From contig NC_086097.1 in assembly GCF_963921235.1 (NCBI RefSeq), positions 21,392,001 to 21,456,000 on the forward strand: a stretch of DNA of 64,000 bases, read 5' to 3'. Positions 47,660-59,422 of the stretch are shown here, piece after piece. Below the pieces are notes generated by a model. That model was not told the origin of the DNA. It worked only from the letters and a program-made list of their open reading frames with translations, and made no database searches. Made by a program: the position numbers and the translations under genes. Origin of the DNA: Mobula hypostoma. Lineage: Eukaryota. Position 1 is the stretch's first letter, and every line of letters starts with the position of its first letter.

Positions 47660-49478
47660 TAATAAAACAGAGACTATTGTACTATGATGTGTGTTCTCCT
47701 GTCACACAGAGATGAACTGGTGTATATGCTTATTGCATTTGATAGGAAAGATTTCCTGTAAGGACCCTTGTGCCAGCGAAGCTGAATGAGTCTGTTCAAA
47801 AAGGTGTTCCACTGCTTATTCAGTAGGTCATGGAGAGGATGTGCCCGATTGTCCATAGTGGATAAATGTTTGTTTAGTGACCTCCTCTCCACCACTAACT
47901 CAAAAGAGTTCGGGTTGTAGCCAAGGACGGATCCAGCCTTTTTGATGAGTTTATTTAGTCTTTTTGCATCATCAGCACCGATGTTGCTCCCCCAACGTAA
48001 AGCTGCAAAGAAGACTGCACTCGCTACAACAGACTGGTAGAAGATCCCCAACATCTCAGCTTCCTTAGAAAATAGAGCCTGCTCATCCTCTTCTTGTAAA
48101 TAGCCCTTGTGTTGATTTTCCAGTCAGGCCTGTTGTCAAGGTGAACACTGTAGTATTTGTACTCCTCCACCACCACAGTTTCTTCTCCCCGAATGTATAC
48201 AGGACTCGTCACAGTCCTTTCCTCCTAAAATCAATCACCATCATGGTTTTGGCCACGTTCAGAAGCAGGTGATTCCTCCTGCACCACTCCATAAACTTGA
48301 TCACCAGTCCTCTGTACTCTGACTCCTGCTCATCTTTGATACACCCAACCACCGTAGAGTCATCAGAGAACTTTGGCAGATTTGTACTGAAAGTCTGAGG
48401 CGTACAGTGTGAACAGAAACAGAGACAGGACAGTTTCTTGTGGGGCTCCAGTGCCACTCACCGCCATCTCAGACAGAGAACTACTCAGCCGTACAAACTG
48501 GGGTCTATCTGTCAAGCAATCAGTAATCCAGGAGATAGTGGATTTGTCTATGCCCATCTTTTTGTAGCTTCTCACTCAAAAGAAGTGGCTGGATTGTATT
48601 GAAAGCACTAGAGAAATCAAAAAGTGTGATTGTGATAAGGTCCCCAGCATAATCCAGGTGGGAGAGAGCTCTCTGCAACAGGTAGATGATGGCATCATCC
48701 ACTCCCACATGAGGTTGGTAGGCAAACTGTAGAGAGTCCAATGAAGATCTCACCTGCGGTCCTAGGTCAGTCAGGACCAGCCTCTCCAGCACCTTCATCA
48801 CATGAGATGTGTCAGCAATTGGTCTGTAGTCATTAAGTTCAGATGGAGTCACCTTCTTGGTACAGGAACTAAGCAGGAGGTCTTCCATAACACCGGTGTC
48901 TTTTTCTGACTCAGACTCAGAATGTAAAGGTGCTGCAAAATACCAGACAGCTGGCTCTCACAGGTCTTCAGTACCCTGGAGCTGATACTGTCCGGGCCAG
49001 CAGCCTTGCCTTGATATCTCTTAACCTGACCTCCAGTCACAGTCAGGCAGGAGAGGGGAGGGTGGTCACCCCCATGGAAGCAGGATATCCCAGAGTTGGG
49101 GGGGGGGTGTTGGGACACAAGCGCTCAACAGAGGGGAGGGAAAAAGCTTCAGAGGCAGGGAGGGTGTGTGGTTTGGGCAAGTGGGGGAGAAGATAGCAGG
49201 AGATCCCATGCTGAACCTGTTGAAAAAACAAGTTCAATTCGTTGGCCCTATCCAAGCAGCCCTCGATCTTCCTTCCTTAACTTGAAGCCAGTGATCTGCT
49301 TCATGCCTGAGCACACATCCCTTATGCTATTCTGCTGGAGCTTGTACTCCAGCTTCCTCCTGTAGAATTCTTTGCACTCCCTCAGCTTTACCCACAGTAC
49401 TTTTCTATATCCAGACCTGAAAGCTTTCATCTTCATATTCAAAAGTTCTTTCAGGTCACTGGTGATCCAGGGCATGTA
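47660..49478 (-). mobile_element. Rex1/Babar LINE RT, frameshifted
   Basis: PWITSDLKELLN, GKAAGPD, LNDYRPIA, FDFSSAFNTIQP, GAPQETVLSLFLF and KFSDDS motifs. Confidence 0.92.
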
Positions 49479-49769
49479 ATGTATTTGGGTGTCTGAGAAG
49501 GACCTTTTACACTCCGAAGGTGGTCAGTACCTCGAATATGGTACTGGAGAGAGTGGTGAAAGTGGAGTTGCTGACAGCACTTAAGAAATGTCCACGAGCA
49601 CCTACCTGAATAGACTGGGCATAGAAAACTGTGCAGTGCTGGTAGATGGTATTAAGGTGGTTGGGTGTCCACTCACCAGCATGGATGTGATGGACGAATG
49701 GCCAGTTTTTATGCTGTATGGTTCTCGATCTGTGACCCGGTTGATGATGTTACCAAGATTTTAAAATTA

Positions 49770-50070
49770 GCTTAATTTCTCAAATGTATATTGAAACATA
49801 TAGTGACAGTATGCTGTTTGCGTCAATGATCAACACAGTCCGAGGATTGTGTTGGTGAAGCTTGTTTCTGCGCCAATGTAGTATGCCCACAGTTTACTAA
49901 CTCTAACCTGTACATTTTTGGAATGTGGGAGGAAACTGGAGCACCTGGGAGAAACCCACATGGGCACAGGGAGAATGTACAAACTCCTTACCGACAGTGG
50001 CAGGAATTGAACCCCGTCATGATCTCTGAGGCTGTAAAGCGTTGTGCCAACCGCTATACTACTGTACCGT
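49770..50070 (-). mobile_element. V-SINE
   Basis: Reverse V-domain and tRNA-like head (GGAATTGAACCC on + strand). Confidence 0.8.
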
Positions 50071-50784
50071 CCCAGGAAAGTTGGGTCCAATTATGTACTA
50101 GACTCCAACACGTTGATCAGGCTTTGAAAACAGTATTGATGTTATCCATAACTCAAGAAATTACTTCTTTAGTCTTTCTTCTCCATCCTCCTGAGCCCTA
50201 TCCTAGCCCACTTGATCTCCAGCTGATGGAATCCAACTGCCCGTCACCATGCCTTTGGTGATCAGCATAGCTTCACTGTTGTTCAACACAGTGAGTTTGA
50301 ATTAAACCCTTGCCCTTTTGTACTTAACGTGGCATGTTCTACCCGCCTCTTTCAAACGAGGTCATCAAATTGGCCTCCTTTTTCTCCCCTCTAATGCCAC
50401 CCTTCCCCACCCACCCATTAGTCTGGATTCAGAAAGAGATAGTTCAGAGAAATAGGCTTTTTGGCTCACTGAGTCCATGACGATGAACAACCCCCTCCTA
50501 TTTTACACTCATCTGATGTAATTCTACTTCTATCATCAGAGTTGGGTTCGTTATTACTGACATACATTGTGATGTTTGTTGCTTTGCTGCAGCAGACATA
50601 AACATTTCCATATCATTATAGAAAGAATAAGTAGTGCAAATGTGGCAGTGTTCATGGGTTCATGCAGTGTTCTGAAATCTGATGGTGAAGAGGAAGATGC
50701 TGTTTTTGAATTGTTGGGTGAGGATCCCCAGGTTCTTGTACCTCCACCATGATGGTAGCCATGAGAAGAGGGCATGTTCTAGGG

Positions 50785-50863
50785 CAGGGGGTCCCAACCT
50801 GGGGCCCACGGACCCCTTGGTTAATGGTCAGGCTCCTGGCATAAAAGAGGTTGAGAACCCCTG
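50785..50863. mobile_element. 79-bp hAT MITE, same family as 4075
   Basis: CAGGGGGTCCCAACCT ... AGGTTGAGAACCCCTG. Confidence 0.8.
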
Positions 50864-53079
50864 GTCCAGAGGATGAGCATCCTTAATAATGGATGTCGCC
50901 TTCTTGAGACAGTGCTTTTTGAAAATGTCCTCAATGGCGGGCAGATATTATTACTTATTCACAGACTGCATTCTTCTGATAAGGAAGTTAAGGATCCAGA
51001 GGTACAAAGGTCCAGGCTTTGAAGCTTTTTGATTAGTACTCATCTACACGGCAGTTCACAGTGGCTAATTGCTGTACCAGCATGCACATCTTTGGGATGA
51101 AGGAGGAAACCAGAGCACATGGAGGAAATCTACATGGTCACAAAGAGAACAAGTGGACTCAAGGCAGACGGCAGCCGAGGTCAGATTTGAACATGGCTGC
51201 CTGATGCTGTGAGGCAGTGGCTATACTGGAGGTGCAACCACCATCGCTAATCTCATAGTGACAAGAAGTTTTGCGGTTGCTGAAAATCCAAAATAACGTA
51301 CACAAAATGTCAAAAGAACTCAGCCGGTCAGGCAGCATCTATAGAGGGGAATAAACGGCTCAAAACAGCAACTGCTTATTCCCCTCCATAGCTGTTGAGT
51401 TCCTCCAACGTTTCATGTGTGTCACTCTTAATCTCAGACTGATTCACAGCAATTTATCTGAATTTGGATCTGCGGAAAAGAATCAGAACAATTGAAACTT
51501 GAGCAATAGAGGTTACAAAGTCAAAGTCATTTGGCCTGAAATGCGACTGTACTTTTTTCCATTGATGCTGCCTGGCCTGCTAAGTTCCATAAACCTTCTG
51601 AGTTTGTGCGTGTTTTTAGGCAGAGAGTGGTGAGTACCATTGAAGTGTTGCATCGTTAGGAGTAATGTCTTTGGAATGAAGTGTCAAATCCTGCACTCCC
51701 ACAAATGGATGTAAAACATCCCACAGCTTTGGATGGAAGATCAGCTGTTCTCCCTAATGACCTGGGTAACACCAGTCATACAAAACATGGCATCAGAGTA
51801 GAAGGGCATCAGGACAGATCTTCTGATAATGATGACACCAAGGAATTTAAAGTTACTTATGGATCATTGCATCAATTGGTTCATTGGCTCTCTTGGTCTG
51901 AGTGAAGCTTCTTTCCTGTACAGCCTTATTTTAATGTAGCAACCATACAAATTTCAACCTGTTGGTGTTTCTGAATTAGAACTTTCTTTAGGGCCATTTT
52001 CTTCTGCAACAAGATTGATGTTGATTATGGATTTTCTCTGTAATCAACTGCCCATTCTTTCTTTATAGACCACCAGTAATCGTTAATCCTTTTGTGTGAG
52101 CATCATGCATAATCAATGAGTTGAAGTCTGCCACACAGGAGGCCCGAAAACAGGATAAATTTAAGTGAGTTATTAAATTAGAAGCCCAGCGTTTCTCATC
52201 GAAATAGGCTCAGAATTCATTGCCACAGATGACTGTGGAGGCCAAGCCGATGGGTATACTTAAAACGGAGTTTGATAGGTTCTTGATTGGTAAGAATGTC
52301 AAAGGTTACAGGAAGAAGGCAGGAGAATGGTGTTGAGAGGGATAATAAATCAGCCATGATGGAATGGCAGAGCAGACTTAATGGGACAAATGGCCTTTCT
52401 TTTCCTATGTCTTATGAAATTATTTCTGATCCAAAAATATTAGGTGCCTTAAAAGGTTATGGTCATTTGAATGCAGCAATCTCCCATATTGTGATAATGA
52501 TTCAATCATCTGCTTAATCTCTCTGTGATGCCTATTGATCACAGGCTGGAAAGGTGGGCAGTTTGTGTGGAGATAACGGAACCTTTTCACAGGCCATTAT
52601 AAAAGCAGAAAGGAATATATTGAACAGGCAATCAAAAGAAAAGTGCTGAAAGTTGTATCTTTAGTCAGGCAGACTTGTGCTTTTTGTTGGCTTCCCATTT
52701 TCTCTGACCTGTACGTCCCTCCGATGCACTTTTGTCATTTCCTGTGGTTAGCTGTTTAATATTTCTGCTTTGTTATGTGAATAAGCCGGTACTGTGAACC
52801 CATTACTGTTCTCCTGTGTCCCTTGGGCTGGCTGGTAGCTCTACCGTGCAACCTGGAAACTGGAGAATAATTACATGGTATTTTAACTGAGTTCAGTTTG
52901 CTGAAGCTTTCTTTCTGAACAAAGAAAATAAAATTGAATCCCCTTGGGCATTGGTCGTGTCAGGAAGGTGGCTCAAAACATTTAGCAGTTCAGTGCGGGA
53001 GGAAGAGTGAAAGCTTTTTACAGCTAGACTCTCTGCTGCCCATGACTCCCACCCTGTTCCACATTCCTCATTGTGAAAT

Positions 53080-54205
53080 GCACTCAGGGGCTACTTTATA
53101 GGTACACCTGTACACCTGCTCATTAATGCAAATATCTAATCAACCAATCATTTTAGATTAGATTAGATTATGAAGACACGCAGTCCTCTTTTATTGTCAT
53201 TTAGTAATGCATGCATTAAGAAATGATACAATATTCTTCCGGTGTGATATCACAAAAACACAGGACAGACCAAGACTGAAAAACTAACAAAACCACATAA
53301 TTATAGTATATAGTTACAACAGTGCAACAGTACCATAACTTGATGAAGAACAGTCCATGGCACAGTAAAAAAGTTCAAAGTTTCTCGAAAGTCTCACATC
53401 TCATGCAGACCGGAGAAGGAAGAAAACTCTCCCTGCCATGCCCGACCACAGTCCGACTCTGAGTCGTCCGAAAACTTCCAGCTCTGATCAGCTCTCCGAC
53501 ACCGTGTACTGAGCGCCATCTCTATCCGAATGATTCGACCTCAGCCTCAGTCGCCAGCAGCAGGCAAAACCAGAGATTTTGGGGCCTACCCTCTGGAGAT
53601 TCTCGATCGCAAGGTAACAACAGCGGCGAACCGGGCATTTCCGAAATTTCTCCAGGTGTTCTTCTGCTTCTCATGTCTGTCTTCATCAAATCAGAATTGT
53701 CCACGGCCCCTATTTAACAGAAACGGTATCATTTCACTGGAGAGCTGCGCACTGCCATCTTCTCCTCCCACCGATTTGGCAGCATCTTAGAGCATCAACG
53801 CATGCAGACATGGTCAACAGGTTTAGTTGTCGTTCAGACCAAGTCAGGATGGGGAAGAAATGTGATCTAGGTGACTTTGACCGTGAAATGATTGTTGGTG
53901 TCAGACAAGGTGTTTATCTCAAGAACTATTGATGTCCTGGGATTTTGGCGTATACCAGTCTCTAGAGTTTACAGTGAGTTCCAATTCTGTGAGTAAAAAT
54001 GCCTTGCTAATGAGAGAAGTCAGAAGAGAATAGCCAGACTGGGTCAAGCTGACAGGCAGGTGACTGTAACTGAAATAACTATGAGTTACAACAGTGATGC
54101 GCAGACGAGCATCCCTGAATGCACAGCCCGTCGAACCTTGAGGTGGATGGGCTACAGCAGCAGAAGACCACGAACATACACCCAAAGGCCACTTTATTAG
54201 ATACA
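53080..54205 (+). mobile_element. Tc1 derivative interrupted by a roughly 620-bp retroelement (about 53151-53770, minus strand)
   Basis: Same sequence as the copies at 694 and 26009, split after AATATCTAATCAACCAATCA; the insert has a (TCTAA)n tail. Confidence 0.78.
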
Positions 54206-56966
54206 GGCAAGGACTTCTGCATGTGAGTTGTGATATGGCCTTGTTCCAGCCCGCAAAGGAAAGAACATGTGGGTGGAATGCTGCACTGTGACTCTTGACC
54301 TGTGACCGTTGAACTTCACTGCTGGGTCGCAAATAAGGGAGGAGGGAGTGGAGGGCAGGATAGACATTGGTATTCATCATTGTTAACAGGAGAATACACT
54401 CAGTGAGTTTCACTTCAAGCCTGACCTTGCTCATTAGTGCTGCAAAATGGATAGGCTTTAAAAATGCACAGGGCAAGGGTCCAGTCATTACATTAATATT
54501 AAATCTCAGCTGTACCAAGGGTGGGTGGTTTAGCAGTGTTTCAAGCGCTTTACCTGTAATTAACAGTCAGTTCTAATTAAGCCATTACATTGTATTACAG
54601 CTTGACCTTTGAGAATTGAGTTGGGGGGTCAGGATATTCTCCCTGCATTTTAATCATAATCTATTCGACATTGAGGGGGTTGTCTCGCTTAGATTTCAGG
54701 GAACAAACATCCCAGTTGCCTGCTGTTGGCTTGCTGCTTCTGTTGGATTAATCCTTGGCAAGGAATTGTGGACTTGGGCTGACGGAGGCTGGACCAGGTG
54801 GTTCACATCCTTGGGGTTGGGTGGGTGGGGGGAGGGATGGGCCATATCTTACACAGGTGTGAGCTAAAATTTACAGTTTAATGTAAATTTAGTATCAAAG
54901 AATGTATATGTTACCATATACTACCCTGAGATTAACTTTTGTGCAGGCATTCACAGTAGATCAAAGGTATACAATATTATCAATGAAAAACTGCACACAT
55001 ACAAAGACCGACAATCAACTAAATTGCAAAAGAAGACAAACTGTGCAAATACAAAAAAAAGAATATTTAAGTAATACTGAGAACATGTTCAGGTTTGAGG
55101 GGGGTGAAGTTATCCCGGCTGATTCAGGAGCCTGATGGTTGAAGGGTAGTAACTTCCTGAAGCTGGTGGTGTGGCGGAACTGCTTATAGATGTGCTCAAG
55201 TGTGGGGAGGGCTTTCCCTGTGATAGACCCACATTCATACCCATTCTCACCTCTGCCCAGCTCCCACCCGACAAATCTCTCTGCTTTGCTAACCTTCCCT
55301 CCTTCTTTCGGGCAGAGAGAAAGAGTGGCGACTTCAGATTGATGACCTTTGCTTTTAGAACTCATCAACGTGAAGTTCGTCCTCACTTATAAATGCTTAG
55401 TTCACCTGGGTTGGTATTTCTGTCCTGATTTCCACTGATTTTAATGGAACTGAGTTTGTGAAGTGGAATACTCTACTTTGTATCTGCTACATTGGACCAA
55501 ACTCGGAATATTCTACGCAGTTTTGATCACCTGGCTATAGGAAGGATGTCATTAAGGTGGAAAAGGTGCAGAGGAGATTCACAAGGATGTTGTCAGAAGT
55601 GGATTACAAATGTGTACACTTACATGAAGCACTGCCACAAGAAAGCAGCATCCATCGTCCTTGCCATGTCCTCTTCTCGCCTCTACTATCAGGCAGGAGA
55701 TGCAGAAGCCTCAGGTTCCACACCACCAGGTTCAGCAGCAGTTAATACCTTACAATCCTCAGGCTCCTGAACTGGCATGGATAAGTTCAATCTAGTCTGA
55801 ACTGATTCTATGACTTACACAACTCACTTCAATGACTCTTTACAACCCATGTTCTCGGTGTTACTTTTATTTGTAGTTTGACTTCTATTGCACATTGGTG
55901 TTTGTCAGTCTTTGTTTATATATAGTTTTCTTCATTATAATCTACTGTATTTCTTTTTTCCCTGTAAATGCTTGCAAGAGAATGACTCTCAAGGTCGTAT
56001 AAGGTGATGTATACTTACTTTGAACTTTGAACGTTGAACATCGGAGGGTTAGAGTTTTAAGAAGAGGCCGGAAAGATAGATAGTCACAGTCTTTTTCCTT
56101 GGTAGATGAAAGTAAATTTGGAGGAGAGGACCTAGGTTTAGAATGAGAAGGAAAAGGTTTAAAATGACCTGAGGGGCAACTTTTTCCAACAGTGGTGGGT
56201 GTGTACGGAGAGCTGCCAGAGGAAGTAATTGTTATGTGTGCAGTTAGAGTGTTTAGAGCCGTTTGGATAGATTCACAGATCAAAAAGGTCAAAATCAAAA
56301 ACAGAATCAAATTTATTATAGCTAATATAAATTGTGGGATTTGTTGTTCTATGGCAGCAGTACAGTAAAAACAGTTGTTAAAATATTAATTATTTTTATG
56401 AAAATTATTATAGGTTACATAAAGTTATGGCATTACAATACGAGTAAATAAATAGTGCGAAAGATGAATAGCAAGATAGTGTTCATGGACCGTTCAGAAA
56501 TCTGGTGGCAGAGGCGAAGAAGCTGTTGAGTGTGGGTCTACGGGGTCTTGTACCTCCTCCCCGATGTTCTGAGTTCTTACGGATGGACGCTGCCTTCCTG
56601 AAGCACTGAGTTTTGAAGATGTCCTCGAAGGTTGGAAGCGTTATGCCTGTGATGAACCAAGGTTCGGCGCGATCTGGGCCAAATGCAAGCAAAAACTGTG
56701 TTTTCATTGCCACAGATGGCTGAAGAGGTCAAGTCATTGGGTATATTTAAAGTGGAGTTGATCGGTACTTAATTTATGAGGGGTTTAAGGTAATGGGGAG
56801 AAGGCAGGAGAATTTGAGAGGGAAAATAAATTAGGCATGATCGAATGGGTTGAATGGTCGAATTCTGCTCCCGTTTCTTATGCTCTAAGTGGAACTAGCA
56901 TGGGTAGACATATTGGCTGTCACAGTTGAGACAATGTGCCTTTTTCTGTGCTGTGTGACTCTATAC

Positions 56967-57047
56967 CAGGGGTTCCCAAACCGTTTTATGCTATGGACCA
57001 ATACGTTAAGCAAGGGGGCTCCATGCGCCTCAGGTTGGGAACCCCTG
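56967..57047. mobile_element. 81-bp hAT MITE, same family as 4075, opposite orientation
   Basis: CAGGGGTTCCCAA ... TTGGGAACCCCTG; TSD CTCTATAC / CTCTATAA. Confidence 0.85.
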
Positions 57048-57869
57048 CTCTATAACAAGCAAGCTCAATGGGAAGGGGTAAGGGGTAACTGTAGAGAGAA
57101 ATGCACAGCTGATATTTAGGGTGAATATTTAGATGACAGTGGGGCTGAGGATGAACTTTCTTCCCAGGATTTCAGGATAAGTCAGAAGTTAATCTTATGA
57201 TGTGAAACATTAATTTTTTCTCTTCACAGATGCCATTTAACCTAGTGAACATCTCCGGGACTATGTTTCCGTATCTCCTTACAATGTACAAAGTAATTTC
57301 TGCCCATTGGGTCTATATTGGCTTACTGAGCAATCCTATTGCATCCCCCCAATCTTTATTCCCACTACCACCCCCCATTCACAATAATTCTCCCCGGATA
57401 ACACGAGGAGCAATTTACAGCGGCTGGTTAACATGGCAAATTCTATACCTTTGGGGCATGAGAGGAAACTGGATGAGCTGGATGAAACCCATGTGTGTGG
57501 ATATTTAAGCTTTCTGGTCAAACCAAGACCTTATTGTGTGCAGCTCTGTTCACCTGCTTCCAGGAAAGATATCGATAACATTGGAAGAGTAAAGAGAAAA
57601 TTCAAATGGTTCAAATGGCTCAATTTAATGTATGCAGTATACAGACACCCACAAAACAAGAAATCCCATAGCATGAATGCTAGAAACATCAGAACACCAA
57701 AGCCCCGCTTCCCCTTCCTAATGCACAAGGAACAGCCGAAGCATTGACCCTCCCCCTTCCCCACTTGCGCCAGCAGGAACGCCAAATGCCAACCCCCTCC
57801 CCACCGTGCAAGCAGTAGCAGAAGCTCCCCAAAGAGACCTTGCTCTAGAGTGCATGTGTCTATCCATGG

Positions 57870-58310
57870 ATGTTGAGGATTTGAGTTACACAGAAAGGTT
57901 GAGTAGGTTCGGACTTTATTCCCTAAAGTGTAGGAGGATGAGGGGAGATTTGATGGAGGTATACAAAATTATAAGTGAGGTATAGATAGGGTTAATGCAA
58001 ATAGGCTTTTTCCACTGAGGTCTGGTGAGACTAGAACTGGATGTCATAGGTTAGGGGAGAAAGATGAAATACTTATAGGGAACCTGAAGGGGAACTACTT
58101 CACTGCAAGTGTGGAATGAGCTGCCTGCGGAAGTGGTGGATGAAGGTTCGATTGCAACATTTAGGAGAGATTTGGTAAAGTATATGGATGAGAGGGTTAT
58201 GGAGGGCTATGGTCCAGGTATGGGTCAATGGGACTAGGCAAAATAGTAGTTTGGCATGGACTAGATGGGCTGAAGGGTCTGTTTCTGTGCTGTAGTGCTC
58301 TATGACTCAT
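57870..58310 (+). mobile_element. CR1 3' end
   Basis: GLYSLKCRRMRGDLMEVYKII; CR1-type tail. Confidence 0.85.
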
Positions 58311-59085
58311 TTACTCTTCTGACTGGCTGTGCCAGTGTATCCCTGGATATTTCAGCTTTCAATACAGATACAAGACTTTCTTTTTAAGTCTTTGTTTTTT
58401 ATCCTCTGAGACAGAAGGTAGTACATTGAAATGTTGTTTTCCCTGTTCCCCAGGGTTTCATATTGCACTTGATGATGAATCCACTTTAGGTCATATTGAC
58501 AGAGGAAATCAGAGGCGTCGGTTAAAGTTTGAACTTGACAGATGTTCTTTAGACATTTGAAGCACCATATGTGAAACTAATGGGCTGAACTTCAGGGATG
58601 AATGAACTGCCGAGGATGAGCAGCTCAGTGTGGTTCGAAGAGAGCTGACCCGTTCCATCAAAGTCAACGTCAGGAGAGACCCTTTGAACTCCACTGTCCC
58701 CAGTGCCCCTGTCTCTGTGGCTGGGAATCTTCCAGCTCTTCAGTCGCAACAGAGAAATGGTGAAATTAAGCAGCAGTTTGACATTCATCATGTAGAAAAA
58801 ATGGGAAATCTAGAAAAGTGTAGGCTGTGTAGCTCCTCGAGTCTATTCTACCTTTTGTTTCTTGGTTTATATGCCCCATTGGTCTCATGGTGAATCTGTG
58901 GAATTCATTGCCACAGACTGCTGTGGAGGTGTACTTAAAATGGAGGTTGATAGGTTCTTGATTAGTAAGAGTGTCAAAAAAAGGTTATGAGGAGAAGGTA
59001 AGAGAAGTGGGTTCAGAGAGATAATAAATCAGCCATGATGAAATGGTGGAGCAGACTCGATGGGCTGAATGGCCTAATTCTGCTC

Positions 59086-59219
59086 ACACGAGGAAATCTG
59101 TAGATGCTGGAAATTCAAGCAACACACACAAAATGCTGGTGGAACGCAGCAGGCCAGACGGCATCCATAGGAAGAAGCAGAGTCGACGTTTCAGGCCGAG
59201 ACCCTTCGTCAGGACAGTC
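59086..59219 (-). mobile_element. 134-bp PLE pLTR mini-insertion carrying an intact hammerhead motif (59181-59215)
   Basis: Minus strand GTC-CTGACGA-AGGGTCTCGGCCT-GAAA-CGTC-GAC; flanking duplication TCTGCTC (59079-59085, 59220-59226). Confidence 0.85.
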
Positions 59220-59422
59220 TCTGCTCCTCTGTCTTATGACCTATGCTCTTATACAAATTCTCAGTTTATGCCTCATTTGGCTTCTGAGTTAGATAGTTGT
59301 GGGTTCTCAAGGGTCTTGAATACAGAAAACAATGATAAAAACAGAATATGCAAGAAATATTCAGTGGGTCAGGCAGCATCCCTGGAGAGAGGGAAATGGT
59401 TTATGTTTTAGGTTGATCATCT

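Noticed and set aside
53919..54518. 199-aa minus-strand ORF
   Set aside because: About half is antisense Tc1-derivative sequence; no recognisable domain.
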